Below, piece by piece: positions 27,954-43,574 of a stretch of DNA of 64,000 bases (positions within the stretch are counted from its first letter, which is position 1; every line of letters starts with the position of its first letter). This DNA comes from the human T2T-CHM13v2.0 reference genome, Homo sapiens: NCBI GenBank assembly GCA_009914755.4, contig CP068257.2, forward strand, positions 40,000,001-40,064,000, in the 5' to 3' direction. Below the pieces are notes generated by a model that saw only the letters and a program-made list of their open reading frames with translations, was not told where the DNA came from and made no database searches. The position numbers were made by a program, and so were the translations under genes.

Positions 27954-28100
27954 TTTTTTTAGAGACAGGGTCTTGCTCTGTCACCCAGGCTGGAGTGTAG
28001 TGGCTCAATCATAGCTCACTGCCGAGTTAAACTCCTGGGCTCAAGCGATCCTCTAGCCTCCGCCTCCCTAGGAGCTGGGACTACAGGTGTGAGCCACCGT
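27954..28100 (-). mobile_element. Alu-monomer-like fragment (~150 bp), antisense
   Basis: tttagagacagggtcttgctctgtcacccaggctggagtgtagtggctcaatcatagctcactgc...aaactcctgggctcaagcgatcctctagcctccgcctccc...gctgggactacaggtgtgagccaccg. Confidence 0.7.
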
Positions 28101-29334
28101 GGTAATCCAGAAAGAAACATTTAACAGGAACGTGTGAACAGAAGCCATGTCTATATCTCTGTCAGCAGCAAGACTAGACGGTGGATCCCCATTACTCCTC
28201 AGACTTACACAGTGCCAGAAGGAAGGTGTAGGACAATTGTAGGAAAATTTCACATATGCAAGAATGCTATGTGAATTTGCCTAAGGACAGGAGTTATGGT
28301 CAAGGTTGTTTTGACCTAAGGGTGAGATTTAAGTGGGTGCTCTTACACAACAAACAGCAGATAACTTAGAAATCATAGAGGCCTTCCGGAACTGGGGTCA
28401 ATTCAAAGTCAGCATGGTGGGTTGGCATCCAAGCTGGAGTTGCTTTCGCCTCCAAGTGTGGTTCCCGGGGGCCGGGAGCACAGATCACGGAGGGCAAGGC
28501 CCAGCAGCAGAGCCTTGCCTGGAGACCCGGTAGAAATGCCAGTTATCAGGCCCACCCCAGGCCTGCTGCCTCCGAACCACGCTGGCAGGGATTCTGGGGT
28601 TCCTCACGCTGCCAGCTCTCTGGCTCTCTACTGTTGAGAACAGTGAATATAGGGCTCTGTAGACTGTTGAAAGGACTTTGGCTCTTGCTTTGCATGAAGT
28701 TGGAAGCCACTGGAGAAATGGCTTAGAGCAGAGGTGTGCTCAGAGAATCCCTGTGAATGGAGCAGGGCACTCAAGACCAGGTGGGGGCTGTGGCCAGGAC
28801 ACAGGTGAGAGCCTGATGGAGACGTGGCCCAGGGTGGCGTGGAGGGGAGAGAGAGAGGTGCCTAGGTGGGGACAGTTGAAGTGGAGCCACTAGGAATTCC
28901 CAACACATTTGATATAGACTGTGAGGGGGGCCAAGGGTGCTGAGGCAGGATCATGCCTGCGATGTTCAGGAAACCGAGAACACTAACAGGCTAGAAGCAG
29001 TGCAGTGGAGAGACGGAGCAAGTGAAATGAGTGTTGCTTCCAGCTGTGAAGTTCCAGGGTGTTTGTCACCCCCTGGTCCCTCTCAGGCCTCAGCTGGACC
29101 AACCAGAAGAGTGGCATTTCCACTGCAGAGCTAAGGAGAAAGATTGCTGCAGGTGCGGGAGGCAGCCAGGAGCTCAGCTGGGATGAGTTCAATGTGGATG
29201 CTCTTAAGACACGAACAGCTACGCAAGTCGAGAGGTCTGGGGGAGCCATACAGCCATGGAGGTGGAGCGCTCTCCATCCTAGAGATGGGTCTATTTTGTA
29301 GTCAGCATCTAGGTACCTAAAGTCTTGGGACTAG

Positions 29335-29663
<329 letters not shown>

Positions 29664-31955
29664 TCGACTGGATGGATTTTCTAGGATGTGAGGGTGGAGA
29701 AAAGAAGAGGTGAGGGAGGCAGCAGAGATTGAAAAGGTGTGGGGGTAGAATGATGCCCTTGCTGAGGTTGAATTTTTTACAAGTTAAAAGTATGACTCTT
29801 ATGTAACAGGAGCATCTGTCAATGGTTTATGGAACTCAGTATGGAAGCCAGCATGGTGGCAGAGCTGGTTCAAAAAGTAGAAAAAGAATGAAAGACTACA
29901 GTCTCTGACAGAAGGCATGCTGGAAGGATGTTGCCAGATCACAGGGCCCTACGGTGCAATAAAACAGTCCCTGTTGGGTGATGATCTATTGTTCAGTAAG
30001 CTATCAGCATCTCGACAAGACAAATTCAACTGTATTGCCAGCAGATAGAGTCAGTTGCATCACTGTCCATTTTCTTCAAGTTAATATGAACCCTGGCAGA
30101 GATGTCAAATGTCCCATCAATGGAAAATAGTCAAAGCAAGAGGCCGTGCCCCTGAGATAACTAGCGGCCTCTGACATGCCACCACCGGTTCCTGAGAGCT
30201 TGTTAACAAGACAGTGTCTGACCTGAGATAAGGAGGTGACCATCGTTTCAAAACAGTTGAGAACTAACTCCTGCATGTTGGTTGTTGCTGTCACTAACTA
30301 TAGAAGAGAAATCCACGTGGGATCATCTAAACCTGGCAGAGGTTGCATGGCCAGAATGTGCTGGGTCACACTCAAACTCTGGTCTCTCTGACACCAAGGA
30401 CCACAGATGCTGAGTCCAGCCAGCACTTTCCAATGACCTCAGTCCCTCTCAGGACAGGCCCATCCAAGGAGGATTTGCCTCAAGGGGAAAGCAATGACTA
30501 GCCCAAAAAGAATGACCTGGCAGGGAAGTGCCTGGGCTGGGGGAGGCACTTCCAATACCCTCCCTAAAATGCAATTTTTATCCACTTTTCTTTGCACAAT
30601 ATTTATTATTTCCAAAGAGTGTCTAAAGACCGACTACAGAGGAGAGATTCCAGCCCCCTTCATGCTGCAGATTGTTAGAGCTAGGGCTGCACGTTCCCTG
30701 GGACAGGGACAGGCCCATGTTAGGGGGCTTCTTCTCACGGGGAGTGCCCTGAGTGTGGTGGATGCTAACATTTTGGGTAATAGAACAAGACACAGGCTTT
30801 CACTGAATCTGTCTTTTCAGCAAAGGTAAAAAAAAAAAAAAAAGGCAGAAAGGAAAGAAATCATCCTATGGGTACTGTGGGAGAGGGCCAGGAAGAGCCA
30901 GAGAAATCCACAAAGTTCAAAACGGCCAGACCCTATCAGGTTCCCCAGGGAGCCAGCAGCTTATCACAGCTTAGTCACAGGGTTGTGAGAAAACCCATGC
31001 CTCACTGGAAACCCCCCAAAGAACAATGACCCCCTTGATCCAAATCACGTCGTGGCCCCCGGAGTGCTCAGATCCTATCATCAGGAACACAATATCCCCA
31101 TTTCAGGGCCTCCGTCAGAAGGCTGGCCGGCACATCCGTGAGTCACAGAACGGAAAGGAAGGCAGCGCGCATGTTCATGGAAAGAAATCCTGTTTGTCTC
31201 TCTCCTTTCTTCTGATACAAATGCAGACAGTTTCCCAGTTGTCAAAATTGAACATGATACGAGGAAAATAGCTTGGTAAAAAACATGCATTAGTCATTCA
31301 GCAGTAAAATTTTCCAAGTTTTACTCATCTCATCATCTTGACCACTAAATGGACTTTCAACAGTGGATTTCTCTGAGAGTGGCACAAGTGTGTTAAGGAA
31401 TTGTCACAGGCATGGCGCCTGCTCTGAGCTCTGGGGGCTTAGACCCCTCAAAAGCTCACAGCCCCTGGAATTCACTAAGCTGCAGAGCACAGGGGCTACT
31501 AAATATTTCTCCAACTGGACAGACTTTCACGTGGGGATAGACAGGATTGAATTACCCAGATTCAGAGAAAAAGGGTCTATTATCTCATAGAACAGTCTGA
31601 AGTTCAACCAGGAAGCCATATTTTCCACTTAAAACCACAGGGCAGTTATCCAATCTCGGTGCAATTTCATCAGAGGAGAGGTGAGACTGTCGGGGGGCGG
31701 CAGGGCTGACTGGGAGGCTGTGGAGAGGGTGTGTTTAGGATGGGCAACCTTTCCTGTGGGCTAAGGTAGGAAAGCAGAAAACAGTTAGTGTGAGATTCTT
31801 GGTGTCCTCAAGAGCAGCCTGTGTAACAGAAAAGACCGTTCTTAGTTCCTTCACTTTTGATTAACATCGAAGGTATTGTTTCACATTTCTAATGTCTAGT
31901 TTTCCTTGGGTTTTTAATAGCACTTTCAGGGAGACTTAATTCAATTAATGTTTGG

Positions 31956-32400
31956 CCAGGGGAGGTGGCTCACGCCTCTAATTCCAGCACTTTGGGAGGT
32001 TAAGGTGGGAGAATCACTTTAATTCAGAAGTTCCAGACCAGCCTGGGGAGCACAGTGAACTCCTGTTTCTACAAAAATAAATAAATAAATAATAAACAAA
32101 ATTAGCTAGGCATGATATAACTAGCCTGTGGTCCTAGCTACTCAGGAGGCTGAGGCAGGAGGATCACTTGAGCCCAGGAGTTCAAGACCAGCCTGGGCAA
32201 CAGAATGAAACCCCATTTCTACAAAAAAAAAAAAAAAAAAAAAAAAATTAGCCAGGTGTGGTGGTGCTAGGCTGTGGTCGTGGCTCCTCAGGAAGCTAAG
32301 GTGGGAGTATCGCTTGAGCCTAGGAGGTCAAGGCAGCAGTAAGCAGTGACTGTGCCACTGTACTCCAGCTGGGCAACAGAAGGGAGACACTGTCAAATAT
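31956..32400 (+). mobile_element. Composite Alu cluster (tandem or rearranged Alu copies, about 1.5 Alu equivalents)
   Basis: ggccaggggaggtggctcacgcctctaattccagcactttgggaggttaaggtggg...ctacaaaaataaataaataaataataaacaaaattagctagg..., then a second left-monomer-like end (gagcccaggagttcaagaccagcctgggcaacagaatgaaaccccatttctacaaaaaaaa), then a right-monomer segment (ttagccaggtgtggtggtgctagg...gtgccactgtactccagctgggcaacagaagggagacactgtc). Confidence 0.8.
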
Positions 32401-32439
32401 ATACATATATACTACAATGGCTATTACTACAAATAGCTT

Positions 32440-33070
32440 AGAATAACTACAGTGAGGGCCGCCGCAGAGACTGGAGCTCTCACACCCTGTGGTTAGGAAT
32501 GTAAAATGGTATAGGCACTTTGGAAAACTGACAGATTCTTGGCAATTAAATACACAATACCACATGACCCCATCGTTCTACTCAGAGCTATTTATTCAAG
32601 AGAAGTGAAAGCCTGTGCCCAAGTGAAGACTTTTGCATAAATGTTCATAGCAGCTTTATTTGTAATAGCCAAAACTAGAAACAACCCAAATGTCCATCAA
32701 CAGGCGAGACGGATAAACACATCGTGGTATATCCGCGCATGGAAGGAGGCATATACTTTCTGTCTTGTTGTTGGGGTGGTTTCAGGACATGCCCATGTGT
32801 CGACACATGTCAAATTGTACACTCTGAGTATGTATAGTTTATTATATGGCAATTATACCTCAATTACCTTGTTTAAAGCCTTAAAAATGCTTTCCAGATT
32901 AGTAGTAATTGGGGTCAGGGCTCAGGTGAAGGTCAAAAGAAAACTTTTTAGAGTGATAAAAATGTTCTATTTCTTGATTGTGGTGATGGTTACACTACAG
33001 CTACCAATTGCTAAATTACAATGGGTGGATTTTATTGGATATAAATTGTAACTCAATAAAGCTGGGGAAA
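32440..33070 (+). mobile_element. L1 3'-end fragment (end of ORF2 plus 3'UTR), sense; ancient L1M-like
   Basis: ...ggaatgtaaaatggtataggcactttggaaaactgacagattcttggcaattaaatacacaataccacatgaccc...agaaacaacccaaatgtccatcaacaggcgagacggataaacacatcgtggtatatccgcgcatggaaggaggcatatac...ttgtaactcaataaagctgg. Confidence 0.75.
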
Positions 33071-33399
33071 AATAAATTTGCACTGAAATATCTTTGCATA
33101 TTAGGACAAGGGCAGAATACTGTGGTAACATGTAATTTTTATTTCTAATAAAGCAGACATTGTAGTTGCAGAGAAAAAAATTAAATTTAAATTTAAATTT
33201 TCATTTCTCTTGGACAAATATCTAGGAGTAGAACAACGAGGTCATGCGGTAGTTGTATGTTTAATTTTCAAGAAACCCTCAAGAAACGCTTTCTCAAAAG
33301 GGAAAAATAACATGTTTACATTGAAGCAAAAAACTAATATCTTCTTTTTTGTATTGATTATCTGAATATTAAAAAACAATTACAAGCTGAATAATTATT

Positions 33400-33709
<310 letters not shown>

Positions 33710-34789
33710 TGATACCTAGTCACATTCTTTAATCAGTTTTTTAGCCTTATTTGATTCTATCACCATTAGTGGCATTTTTTCAGAAGAATGCATTATTTTC
33801 AGAGCTATCTTATTTTAATCTCTCATAAAATTGCCTAGAAACTTCTTTAAGAAGACATTTTTGTGGCTAATGAATTTGAATTTGCCGACCAGCTAAGTGG
33901 AATCTTCTCCGTAGACCCTGAGGTTGTCAGATGAATGAGCATCTGTGGATGAGCTAACTCTGCTCAGGACAAGACAGTTTCAATTTTTTCTAATGGAAAG
34001 GTCAATATTTCACCGAGATATTGTCACAGATCCTGTGTTCTGACTTCAATCCAAAGGATCTTTCTTTCCTAAGTGTCTTTATAGGGCAAATTGGGTCAAA
34101 TAGGCTTTTTTCATGCATGATTCTTTTAAATATTTTGTCAAATTTAGGTGTTAAAAGTCATAGGCCTTTTCAATTTTACTCCATTCTGATACATACTATA
34201 CATATATCCAATTAAAATAAGAGCTCTACAAAATTTGTTCCACACATTGAGACACTCCAGGAATAAATTTTAGAATTCCAAAGTCACTCTCCTACACGGG
34301 GTAGACATCATGCATTTTACTCAGTTCCTCTCTTACTTTTGTGGTGACAAATTTAAATAGTCTTTCTGTTTGCAATCTTGTTTTTAATAATTGTAATAAT
34401 TTGCTAAAAGTTTCAAAAGTTTTTAGTTATGTATTTGTTGAATGGTTTGATTAAAGATTTCCCACTGATTTGGAACTAAATGCAAGGTAAGTCTAGAAGA
34501 CCCAATTACGCACACACAAACACACACAAATCTATTGTAAGTCATTTAGGTGGATTTATAAACTACTTTCTCTGGGGCTGTGCACTTCTAAAATCTAATG
34601 ATGGAGCAAAAAGGAAGAAAGTATATATTGTCCTGATTAAGGCCTTCTTGCCACTTCTATTAGCATTGTTGTGGCAATGTTGCATTTTAGTACATGTAAA
34701 AAATTTGTAAGTTTTAATATCGGCAACTTTCTCTTGAATTAGAGGCGTATTAAAGTTTAAGACTCACGCATAAATTATTTGTTCACTAA

Positions 34790-35110
<321 letters not shown>

Positions 35111-35304
35111 CTGCTCTATACTTTTTAAATTTGATAATAGCACATTTCTACATGATGCTGTACAACACCAACATTTGTATTTGTAGTATCACCATAAGAA
35201 CAATGACACCAGCAATATTGAATAGTTAACTGCAAGTTACATCTTGCATTTTTAAAAGGAGCCAATGATACATCTTCAACAGAACGAATGTTCAAAAGCT
35301 TTAC

Positions 35305-35594
35305 TTTTTTTTTTTTTTTTTGATGAAGTTTCATTCTTGTTGCCCAGGCTGGAGTAAAATGGCACAATCCCTGCTCACTGCAACCTCTGCCTCCTAGGTT
35401 CAAGCGGTTCTCCTGCCTCAGTCTCCTGAGTAGCTGAGATTACAGGCATGCGCCACCACGCCAGGCTAATTTTTTGTAGAGATGGGGTTTCTCCATGTTG
35501 GTCAGGCTGGTCTCAAACTCCTGACCCCAGGTGATCTTCCCACCTCGGCCTGCCAAAGTGCTGGGATTACAGGCGTGAGCCACTGCACCTGGCC
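35305..35594 (-). mobile_element. Alu SINE, antisense, with TSD
   Basis: tttttttttttttttgatgaagtttcattcttgttgcccaggctggagtaaaatggcacaatccctgctcactgcaacctctgcctcc...ccaaagtgctgggattacaggcgtgagccactgcacctggcc. The TSD is tcaaaagctttac / tcaaaagctttat. Confidence 0.92.
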
Positions 35595-36321
35595 TCAAAA
35601 GCTTTATTTTTATTTAATGATTTAATAAAAATTAAGTTATTCCAATTAACTGAGTGGGCTTTTCTGTTGGAAGCATCTGATAATACACATATTATATCCA
35701 CATCACTTAACGGTCTGTGAAATCCTGCTCATGGAGGTAACACATAACAGCTATCACGTCATCGAGTAAATCATAAGAAAACTCGAAGTTGACAAAGAAG
35801 GAAATTAATGAGCACTGACATTTGATCTACATGAAAAGTCCCAGAGTGACATGGCTGCAGGCGTCAGTCACTGTCTTTGGCTGCCTGAAAAGAGTTACCA
35901 GCTTTTGAGGCCAATGCTGCTGTTTCTTCTGCTTTTCATGTGCTTGGTGATGTCACTGCATTTACCGCAAATGGTAAACGTTCACAAACATTTTGCGTAA
36001 GTAGACATCATAATCAACTTTCCGGAGAAACAGAAATCCAATAACTTAATTTTATATTTTGCATGCACTTTCATTTTATTTTTTAGTTCACCATGGCCCA
36101 AAGGGTTTATGACAAGTGTAAAAATGTGTTGCCAAATGGTGAGATAAATAGAGTTATGCCATAAAATATAGATAGAACCAATCTTGAATGTAATAAGTTT
36201 CATATTTCAATATCTAGTTTTCCTTGGGTTTTGAAGTTTACCTTACAAATCAACTCATTTTATTTGTCAAGCCAGACAATTTTAATATTATTTTCAAGGA
36301 GACTCAATTCAGTTAATGTTT

Positions 36322-36613
36322 GGCCAGGTGTGGTGGTTCACGCCTGTAATTCCAGCACTTTAAGAGCCCGAGGCAGGAAGATGACATGAGTCCAGGTGTT
36401 CAAGAACAGCCTGTGCAACACAGTGAAACCCCATCTCTGAAAAAAAATAAACAAAATTAGCCAGGCGTGGTGGTACATCCTGAGGTCCCAGCTATTTGGG
36501 AGGCTGAGGTGGGAGGATTGCTTGAGCCCAGGAGGTCAAGGCAGTGGTGAGCCGTGATCACGCTACTACATTCCAGCCTGGACAACAGAGTGAGACCCTG
36601 TCTCAAAAAAACA
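36322..36613 (+). mobile_element. Alu SINE, sense, with 10-bp TSD; paralogous to the Alu at 31956
   Basis: ggccaggtgtggtggttcacgcctgtaattccagcactttaagagcccgaggcagg...aaaaaaaataaacaaaattagccaggcgtggtgg...gagaccctgtctcaaaaaaacaag. The TSD ttaatgtttg flanks both ends. Confidence 0.9.
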
Positions 36614-38068
36614 AGATTAATGTTTGAACAAATGGATTTGAACTACTAAACGCCCTAAAGGTATCGATCATATTTACAAACCTAATAAATGAGGTTCCCT
36701 TAAACACGTTAAACTGCATTGCAAATTCATTACTGTCTTCTAAAATTATTGTAAATGGTTCCAAGAAGCAATAACACCTCCAGTACTAAAGTCACTCCAC
36801 TAAATCCAACAAGTAGAGTTTGAACAGGTGAATGTCCACGCCCTGGACTGTCCCAACATTGTGCAAAAGCTCAGTAAAATGCTCTTATATTTTCCACCCA
36901 AAATCACAGGCTAAAAACAATTGCTCAGTGACATGATTTAAACCCAAATCACAAGGCTAATTCAATGTGTTTTTCCTCTAATGTGCCAATTTCTCTTAAT
37001 ATTTCAGACACTTTAAATACCAAACATGCCCAGTATTTTTATTCTAGACTTAATTCTCCCCATACTGATATTTGTGGTTGACTTACTCCATCATTCTGAT
37101 GTTTAGTTCTAAGCCTTCCTCATGTTAAAAGACTCTTGCCAGCTAAGAAAAAAAAATGCTGCCTTCCCAGGCAGATGGGGGTTCCCGTCCCCTCCTGAAG
37201 TTGCTAGTAAGTGGGTACTTTTAACTTGGACACAGGTCTCTCTCTCCCTGATACACCCGCAGCTGTGTTGAGCCCTTTTTAGGGTCAAAATGGCAACCGG
37301 TGACCAGGACCCCAGACCCTCTGTATTTTCCTCATGCCCCAGTTCCACCTGGATGGAGCCTGCCCTCCCACTCCTGAGACTAAGGTGTGGCACCACACGT
37401 GAATGCACAGGGAACAGGCAGTGTCCACACAGCTCCTTCAGGAGCAGGCGCCTGTCCTCTTTTCCTTTCCTGACTTCTTCCAGCTGGAGCTGTACCCATG
37501 CCTGGGGCCACAGGACGGAGGCCACAAGCCCACCAGAGAGGGCCACAGCGCGGGTGGAGTTAGAGTGGCTTCCCTCTGGACCTCGAACATTCTGACAGCT
37601 TTGTCTGGCTGCACATTTACAACACTAAAGTTGTGTGGACTGCAAGACCAATGGGCTGGAAACCCAAAGCAAATGCATTCCAAGGGAGGGTGATGTCTCC
37701 GTGGATGTGTGAAGCTGAAGATAAGGCACAGCAGCAGGGTGGCAGGAAGAGCAGAGAAGTGTTCATGGCTCAAGATGGCCAGTGACCAGCTGGGCCCCGG
37801 GGGAGGCAGAGGGAAGCAAAGCGCAGACCCGTGTCCCGTGTCCGGAGGCAGCTGCTGCACCCAGACGTCCCTGTCCCTCCTGGGACCAAAAGTGTCTCCT
37901 AGCTGTGAGTGGGAGCTCAACATAACTCCACAAGATGAAACCTGCATTGGGGCACCAGAATGACTCATGTATGGGACTTGCCGTTATTATGTCATCTTTT
38001 ATCTAATTCAGCCAAAATCCTGACTTCTTTCCAAAAATGTCTTGGTTTTTTCAAAAGTCCCAAGTTAA

Positions 38069-38368
38069 GCCAGGCGTGGTGGCTTACGCCTGTAATCCCT
38101 ACACTTTAGGAGGCCAAGGCAGTAGGATTATTTGAGCCTAGAAGTTCAACACCAGCCTGGGCAACAAAGTGAGACCCTGTCTCTACCAAAAAAAAAAAAA
38201 AAATAGCCAGGCATGGTGGCACCTGTCTGCAGTCCCAGCTTCTTGGAAGGCTGGGGTGGGAGGATTGCATTGAGCCCAGGAGGCCGAGGCTGCAGTGAAC
38301 CATGATCACACCACTGCACTCCAGCCTGGGCAACAGAGCAAGACTTCATCAAAAAAAAAAAAAAAAAA
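38069..38368 (+). mobile_element. Alu SINE, sense, with a long poly(A)
   Basis: gccaggcgtggtggcttacgcctgtaatccctacactttaggaggccaaggcagtaggatt...ccactgcactccagcctgggcaacagagcaagacttcatcaaaaaaaaaaaaaaaaaag. Confidence 0.9.
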
Positions 38369-38856
38369 GTACCAAATTAAAGGACCACATTCAGAAATTG
38401 TTGAAGTAAGATGATTTCAAAATAAAATAAAACATTGTAAACAGTTGAAAACCACCAACAAATGGACACTGATTGAATCGATTAGGGTAAACCTATAAAA
38501 TAGAACATTTTGTAGACATTCAAAATGTTGCGGAAGAATGTTTAATGAGGGAAAGTGTTCATAGTATGTAAAAAAAGGCTTTATTATAGCATAATCCCAA
38601 TTCTATATAAACATTTATTTACAGTTTTTAAAAGCTAAATTTTAAACAACAAAAACAGATTCAGCATTAAAAGATGAATCATAAAATTAAAAACATATAT
38701 TAAAAACAGTTTGAGTCCAACTTCGCCTGACTGATTTCTCATGGTTCCCTCGGTGGCAGCCCCAGGCCGAGTCCGTCAGCCTAGGTTAGACTCTGGCGGG
38801 GCAGAAGGAGAGCTTTGCTTCGGTGTGCTGGGGAGCGAGCTCACTTGGCATAAGCA

Positions 38857-39163
<307 letters not shown>

Positions 39164-39324
39164 TAAGCATTTTAAGCCTCCTGGTGATAGAACTTAGAAG
39201 ATGCTTACTAATTGCACCATCTAGCACTTAGAGGATAAAAGATATTTGATGTGGAGTCTGAAAATCTGGGTTCCAGCCCCCATTCACTGTCCACTGACCC
39301 TGAACAAGAGACAGCCTGCCCTGG

Positions 39325-39480
39325 ACTTCCAGGTTGATGGAATGAGCTACGGTACTATTCCTCCCCACTCACAGGGCTACTGGGAGGGTAAAACTGGACT
39401 CGAGGTTGATGGAATGAGCTAAGGGACTGTTCCTCCGCGACTGTTCCTCCGCACTCACAGGGCTACTGGAAGGGTAAAAT
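39325..39480. repeat. Tandem duplication of a ~75–80-bp unit (two copies), with an internal 14-bp micro-duplication in copy 2
   Basis: Copy 1: ggacttccaggttgatggaatgagctacggtactattcctccccactcacagggctactgggagggtaaaact. Copy 2: ggactcgaggttgatggaatgagctaagggactgttcctccgcgactgttcctccgcactcacagggctactggaagggtaaaatgct. Confidence 0.85.
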
Positions 39481-41439
39481 GCTCAAGGTGAGTGAAGTAG
39501 CTTGCAGGTGGCAAAGGGCATGTGAAAGTTCTTTGGGACCAGGTTTTCACATTGAGGGACATTTTGGACCTCTGTTATCTCCTCTCCTCTGTCTTCACCT
39601 GCTCTCTAAAACCTGGTTACCTCATGGAAGCCAAGCAGGAATAGCTCGAGACTGCATATAAGCTGCATTGACTGACTTAATCCTGCACCCAGCCTGGTTC
39701 CATCTTCACTTCCAGAGAGGTGGTGTCTGCTGGCTCTGTTCCACGCATCTGTGCCTCCTCCAAGGGCCAGAAGGTCACACAGGGAGCCTGGGAGAGAGGT
39801 TGTTTGTAGGGCAACACCTTTCTTTGGTTTGGTTGTTTAGTTAAACAACACACATCACCATGGTGCGGGCAAAACACAAACACGCTATTCCTCTATTCTA
39901 TTCTCGTCCATTCCCAAGGCCTACAGCCGCCCACGAGCAGCCACCAAGGCACGCACCCCCAGGCTCCCGAGCTCAGAAGGGCCTGTGCGTCCGTCAAATC
40001 TCTGCTGCGGACGTCTTGAAATCCTTAATACTTTCTGAACGAGGAGCTCCGCGTTTTCATTTCGCACTGGGCCCTGCAGAGTCTGTCCTGCCTGCCCACT
40101 CCTTCAGCCAAGGTTCCGGCACATCGCAGACTTTGTCTGGGGCTCTGCAGGGCTGAGGCTCATCAACAGGAGAGAACTTTGGAGCAGCAGAAGGAGATAG
40201 TAGAGGAACAGCCAAGCAGGTGGAGGATTAGGTCTGGGACACGGAGAGGGTGTCCCCTCTTCATCCCCAGGTTCTTCCTTCCAAATTGCAGGAAGGGACG
40301 GGTTGCACATACTTGCTGCATGCACTGCGTTGCAAAAGGCCGAGGAGAATGAGGGGGAAACTGCTCCCTGGGATTCTGAACCCCGCCCCCCCTCCCAGTG
40401 GATGGCCAGCTGTATTTCTGAAATGCAACCAGGGGTGAAAAGAGATTGTTCCATGTTTGTCCTCAAATACTTCACAGCAATGTCACATTAATTTTTTTTC
40501 CCTTCCTGAGTTCCGTCTGGTTTGCAGCCAAGGAAAGGAGGCAGAGAGGGCGTGGGCAGCCCACGGGTCCAGCGAAGCATCGCTGTGTCCGAGAGGCCCT
40601 GCCAGCTCGGGGCTCTGGGAAAGAGTATGGACATGCCCTCCCCATGGGCACCATCCCTTCCTCTGCCAGGGAGAACTTCCTCCTGGCTGCTGCTCCTGGC
40701 AATGGCTTATTTCCTCAACACAGTCATTAAAAATCACTCTTAGTAGTTCAAATTTAGAAACAGGAACTGGCATATATCTTATTAATTTCTAAAATAGTAA
40801 GTACAAAACCAAAGAGAAACGGAATTTTTACAACACTTTCTCCTTATTTCCTAACAAGCCCAAATGCAAAACACAAATTTATGAATGGCAAAGGCTTCAA
40901 ATCAAACCTGATGATCTTTGACCTAGGGCACTGCCCATAATTTGCAGATGAAACAAGAGAGGACAGATCGGAGAGGTGGAGTAACTTACCAAAGATCACA
41001 CAGCCAGGGTGAGGATCCAGTTCTTCTAGATCTTGGGCCAGGAGAAAAGGAGAGGGAGCCTGACTCAAGCTACAGTCATTGAGGTCAGAGAACCAAGGGT
41101 CACACCAGACATCACGAAGATCCAACTAGTGGCCGGAGAGAGTCACTGGGGGTGATACCCAGGCCTGTCTCCCAGCCAGCGAGGGAGTCAGGGCCTCCCA
41201 ACAGAGCTAAGCGGTGCCAAGGGACCAGGTCGAGGACAAAAGGTTTATTTGATGTGAGGCATTAGCACCTACTAGCACCTTACTGTAGGGAGTTTTGTTG
41301 CATTTTTTAATTCAAAATATTTTAAAAATAATTTTATTGAGCCGTAATTCATATGCCATAGAATTCACCCAGGTAAACCGTACGATCCAATGGTGTTTAG
41401 TATAGTCACAAAGTTACACAATCATTGCCACAGTCAATT

Positions 41440-41984
41440 TTATCTTTATTATTATTATTAGTTTTTCTTTCCAACTTTTGTTTTCGGTTCAGGGGGTACC
41501 TGTGCAGACTCGTTCCCTGAGTAAATTGTGCATCGTGGGAGTTTGGTGTACAGATTATTTCATCACCCAGGAACCAGCATGAGACGCAGTAGGTAGCGTT
41601 TTGATCCTCACCCTCCTTCCACCGTCCACCCTCAAGTAGACTCCAGCACCTACTGTTCCTTTCTTTGTGTCCATATGTGCACAGGGTTTAGTTCTCACTT
41701 CTAAGTAAGAACATGTGGTATTTGGTTTTCTGTTCCTGCATTAATTCACTTAGGATCATGGCCTCCAGCTCCATCCATGTTGCTGCAAAGGGCATGATCG
41801 CGTTCTGTTTATGGCTGCACAGTATTCCATGGCATATATGGACCACATTTTCTTCATGCAGTCCACTGTTGATGGGCATCTAGCTTGATTCCCTGCCTTT
41901 GTTACTGAGAATAGTGCTGGGATGAACATACAAGTGCATGTGTCTTTATGATAGAAGGATTTATATTTCTAAAGGATTTATATT
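41440..41984 (-). mobile_element. L1 3'-end fragment (younger L1P-like), antisense
   Basis: ...ttcggttcagggggtacctgtgcagactcgttccc...tctcacttctaagtaagaacatgtggtatttggttttctgttcctgcattaattcacttaggatcatggcctccagctccatccatgttgctgcaaagggcatgatc...ctgcacagtattccatggcatatatggaccacattttcttcatgcagtccactgttgatgggcatctagc... Confidence 0.75.
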
Positions 41985-42665
<681 letters not shown>

Positions 42666-43574
42666 CCAGCAGGCTGCCCAGGGAAGGGGCCCTGTGAATG
42701 GAGTGCAATTCTCTGCTGCACCTGTGCTGGCCTTGCTCCAGGTCTCTAGCCGTCGGCCCTGCAACACCCTCGTTGGTCGTGCTGGAGGCCCCCCCTGACA
42801 TCTTCCTCTTCCTCAACTACCTCTAGGGACAAGGAACCTGCCAAGTCCTATGGTCCTGGCAATAGGGTTGCTTGTGCCAGAGCCTCAACCTGCCACACAT
42901 TTCCTTTCTTTGAGCTCTGCTCAAAGCTAGCAGCCTTCCACTTCGCCTGATTGGTGGGTCAGAGAGGTATTCCAAGGTGCAGCACATGCTGCCTTCAAAA
43001 TCCAAAAAGGCTGCCAAGCACTGTGCTTCCTTCTTAATGGTAGGAGGTGCAAGGTGCAATAGCTTGTACTTTACTTTGGAAGGAATGTTCTGGCAGGTCC
43101 CAAACCATTCTAAAAAATTAACCAATGCAGCTGGCCCCTGAAGCAATACAGAGTTTATCTACTCCCCTTTGGAATGCACATGTCTTGCCAAGGAATTCAG
43201 AATACAGGACTTGTCCCTTCCTGCTCCTTAGGTCTAATCAACATGGGGTTCATATAATGGGCCACTGTGGTGTTCTGCAGACTGTCCGGGTGGTCTGGGT
43301 CACCACCAGCTATATTGCAACAGAGCAGAATTAATGGAGTCCTGGGGAGAGATGGTGCATGTGTATTGTTGTCTATCTCATGTAAATAAAAACTGCCTCT
43401 GATCCTTCTCTCTGGTGGGTATTGAAGCCAGATGGTTACAAATGTCATACCAGAGGCTAGAGTGATCTCTGGCATAGACCCCACACCCAGCCCAACAGCT
43501 GTGATTGGAAGGGTCTACTGTCGCGGACATGACCCACCCAGCTTCGGCAAAGGCTGGGCTGGTGAATTGGATGG

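Noticed and set aside
37109-37968. Two minus-strand ORFs (145 aa and 176 aa) in a GC-rich unique region, considered as a possible exon
   Set aside because: I found no splice-site-bounded segment with convincing coding periodicity and no recognisable motif. The translations are P/S/L/G-rich. Without conservation or transcript data this cannot be supported as coding.
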